A stretch of 48,215 nt of DNA, from assembly GCA_964016885.1 (NCBI GenBank), contig CAXHJY010001427.1:1-48215 (forward strand), given 5' to 3'. The position numbers and the translations under genes were made by a program. Position 1 is the stretch's first letter. The number at the start of each line of letters is the position of its first letter. Origin of the DNA: Eledone cirrhosa (taxonomy: Eukaryota). This document shows, in pieces, positions 44,859 through 48,215 of the stretch. The notes beneath the pieces are model-generated. The model ran no database searches, was not told the DNA's origin, and saw nothing but the letters and a program-made list of their open reading frames with translations.

Positions 44859-44950
44859 AATATCACACATCAATCTAAAACCACTTTTCATATATTGATT
44901 TAAAACTGCACTATCCACAAGTGTTTTTTAGCCTTCATATCATGTTCTCC

Positions 44951-45021
44951 TGTTTTATCTGATGAAAACACAAATATTATTGCATGATGATGTTTGTTTT
45001 TGAAATGCGCATAATAAAATA
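44951..45021 (+). ncRNA. Type I HHR
   Basis: TGTTTTAT-CTGATGA-12-bp stem II-GAAAT GCGC ATA-ATAAAATA; palindromic ATGCGCAT; AUA site. Confidence 0.85.
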
Positions 45022-45142
45022 CATGGAACTCCTTTAACCATCTTTTGATCTTATATTATGCATACTCCAGTCCTACAGACTGTAGAGTGCTTCTTATCCG
45101 ATATCTGCATTGCTTTATTGTACTACAATAAAACTCACCTCC

Positions 45143-45264
<122 letters not shown>

Positions 45265-45265
45265 A

Positions 45266-45318
<53 letters not shown>

Positions 45319-45373
45319 TATATATATATAAATATATATATAAATAGATATATATATAAATATATATATAAAT

Positions 45374-45422
<49 letters not shown>

Positions 45423-45460
45423 AATATATATATATATAAATATATATATATATAAATATA

Positions 45461-46050
45461 TTTCGTTATTTCAGTATGCATATGTAGATGTACATTTTTA
45501 ACTTAATTGTTTAAGCGTCAGTCATACAAAAGTGAGTTACAAACGAAACGAAATTTAATTTCGTTTCGTTATTTGTTTTTATCGTCTCCGCTGAACCGGT
45601 GCGTACTCACACTCTATGCAAATTAGTCTGCCCACTACTAATTTTCATAGAAAAAGCATATAACGATATGTGATTTTACAATTCTCCAGAAAGACCGGTA
45701 GATAGGTAAATATTGCTGATGAGTTGTAACAACAACGAAACTAGTCCAATATTCCTTGTCTGGCTTTCTGGAGAATGGAGGGAAGGTGTTCCCCCCGAAA
45801 ACCAGTATGACTCTAAAAACCGGTTTGTCTGTGTGTTTACATACATAATAGCTGGGCCGCTCACTGTAAAGCGACCAGTGAAAGACTTGGTACACCTACA
45901 TATGTATACGTGTGTGTATTCATATACACACTAGTATTTCAGTATGCATATGTAGATGTACATTTTTAACTTAATTGTTTAAGCGTCAGTCATACAAAAG
46001 TGAGTTACAAACGGAACGAAATTTAATTTCGTTTCGTTATTTGTTTTTAT
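45461..46050 (+). mobile_element. Retrozyme-like 468-bp unit with 116-bp terminal direct repeat
   Basis: 45467-45582 matches 45935-46050 with one mismatch seen; central HHR; non-coding; within (TA)n. Confidence 0.85.
45681..45776 (+). ncRNA. Type I HHR, canonical
   Basis: AATATTG-CTGATGA-GTTG TAACAA CAAC-GAAAC TA GTC-CAATATT; outer ATTCTCCAGAAAG/CTTTCTGGAGAAT. Confidence 0.93.
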
Positions 46051-47390
<1,340 letters not shown>

Positions 47391-47760
47391 AAGTTGAAAA
47401 AAATGAAAACGAAATTTCATTTCTCACTCTTAGTATGGCACTTACTTAAATGTAAGTATGTATGTATACGTACATACATATATGTATACAGACGTACAGT
47501 AGCGTTAATTTTCATAGGGAAAGTATATACTTTCCAACGTTCAACTATCTGGCAGGTGGGTAATCGGTGCTGATGATAGCTAACAAGCTTGAAACTAGTA
47601 CATCGTTCCTGTGTCAGTGTTGAACAAAAAGGTGACGTGGTTGCCTTAACACCGTATGGCATAAATTCAGGCTGTTCAGTTTGTTGACAAACGAACAAAG
47701 CGGCGTTATAATAAGCGTCCGCTAAACTGATGCGTGCATATATGTATGTGTACCGGTATG

Positions 47761-47818
<58 letters not shown>

Positions 47819-47870
47819 TGCTACTGTACGTCTGTATACATATATGTATGTACGTATACATACATACTTA
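47391..47870 (+). mobile_element. Retrozyme-like unit related to 45461-46050, plus 51-bp inverted fragment
   Basis: Shares AAACGAAATTT, TAATTTTCATAG and HHR architecture; 47453-47503 is inverted at 47820-47870. Confidence 0.75.
47539..47625 (+). ncRNA. Type I HHR
   Basis: CGGTG-CTGATGA-TAGC TAACAA GCTT-GAAAC TA GTA-CATCG; outer GTTCAAC..CTGGCA/TGTCAG..GTTGAAC. Confidence 0.9.
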
Positions 47871-47881
47871 TATATAAATAT

Positions 47882-48021
<140 letters not shown>

Positions 48022-48064
48022 AATATACTATATATATATATATATATAAATATATATATATAAT

Positions 48065-48153
<89 letters not shown>

Positions 48154-48164
48154 ATATATATATA

Positions 48165-48215
<51 letters not shown>

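Overview
AT-rich eukaryotic repeat nest with no host gene. The LINE 3' ends resemble repeats I recall from octopod cephalopods; this is an inference and was not searched. Long interrupted (TA)n arrays hold five Naiad-type Penelope-like element (PLE) copies with RT and/or GIY-YIG, two Neptune/Nematis-type PLE 3' fragments, several solo or fold-back PLE 3' ends, a truncated CR1-type LINE, an RTEX-like 3' stub and two near-identical tandem RTE LINEs with open 1039-aa ORFs. Folding by eye gives about 24 type I hammerhead ribozyme (HHR) motifs from about 13 families. Three highlights follow. (1) Three non-coding retrozyme-like elements (a 6 x 310 bp array, a 468 bp 1.25-mer and a ~370 bp unit) share a Schistosoma-type HHR architecture with a UAACAA loop II. 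(2) A covarying bulged hairpin, RCUC-[stem-loop]-UW-GAGY, recurs in six otherwise dissimilar PLE ends, right next to where inverted copies stop; it is a candidate RT-recognition or initiation signal. (3) One HHR family carries a compensatory U3:A8 core. All structures were derived by eye and need computational and biochemical confirmation.
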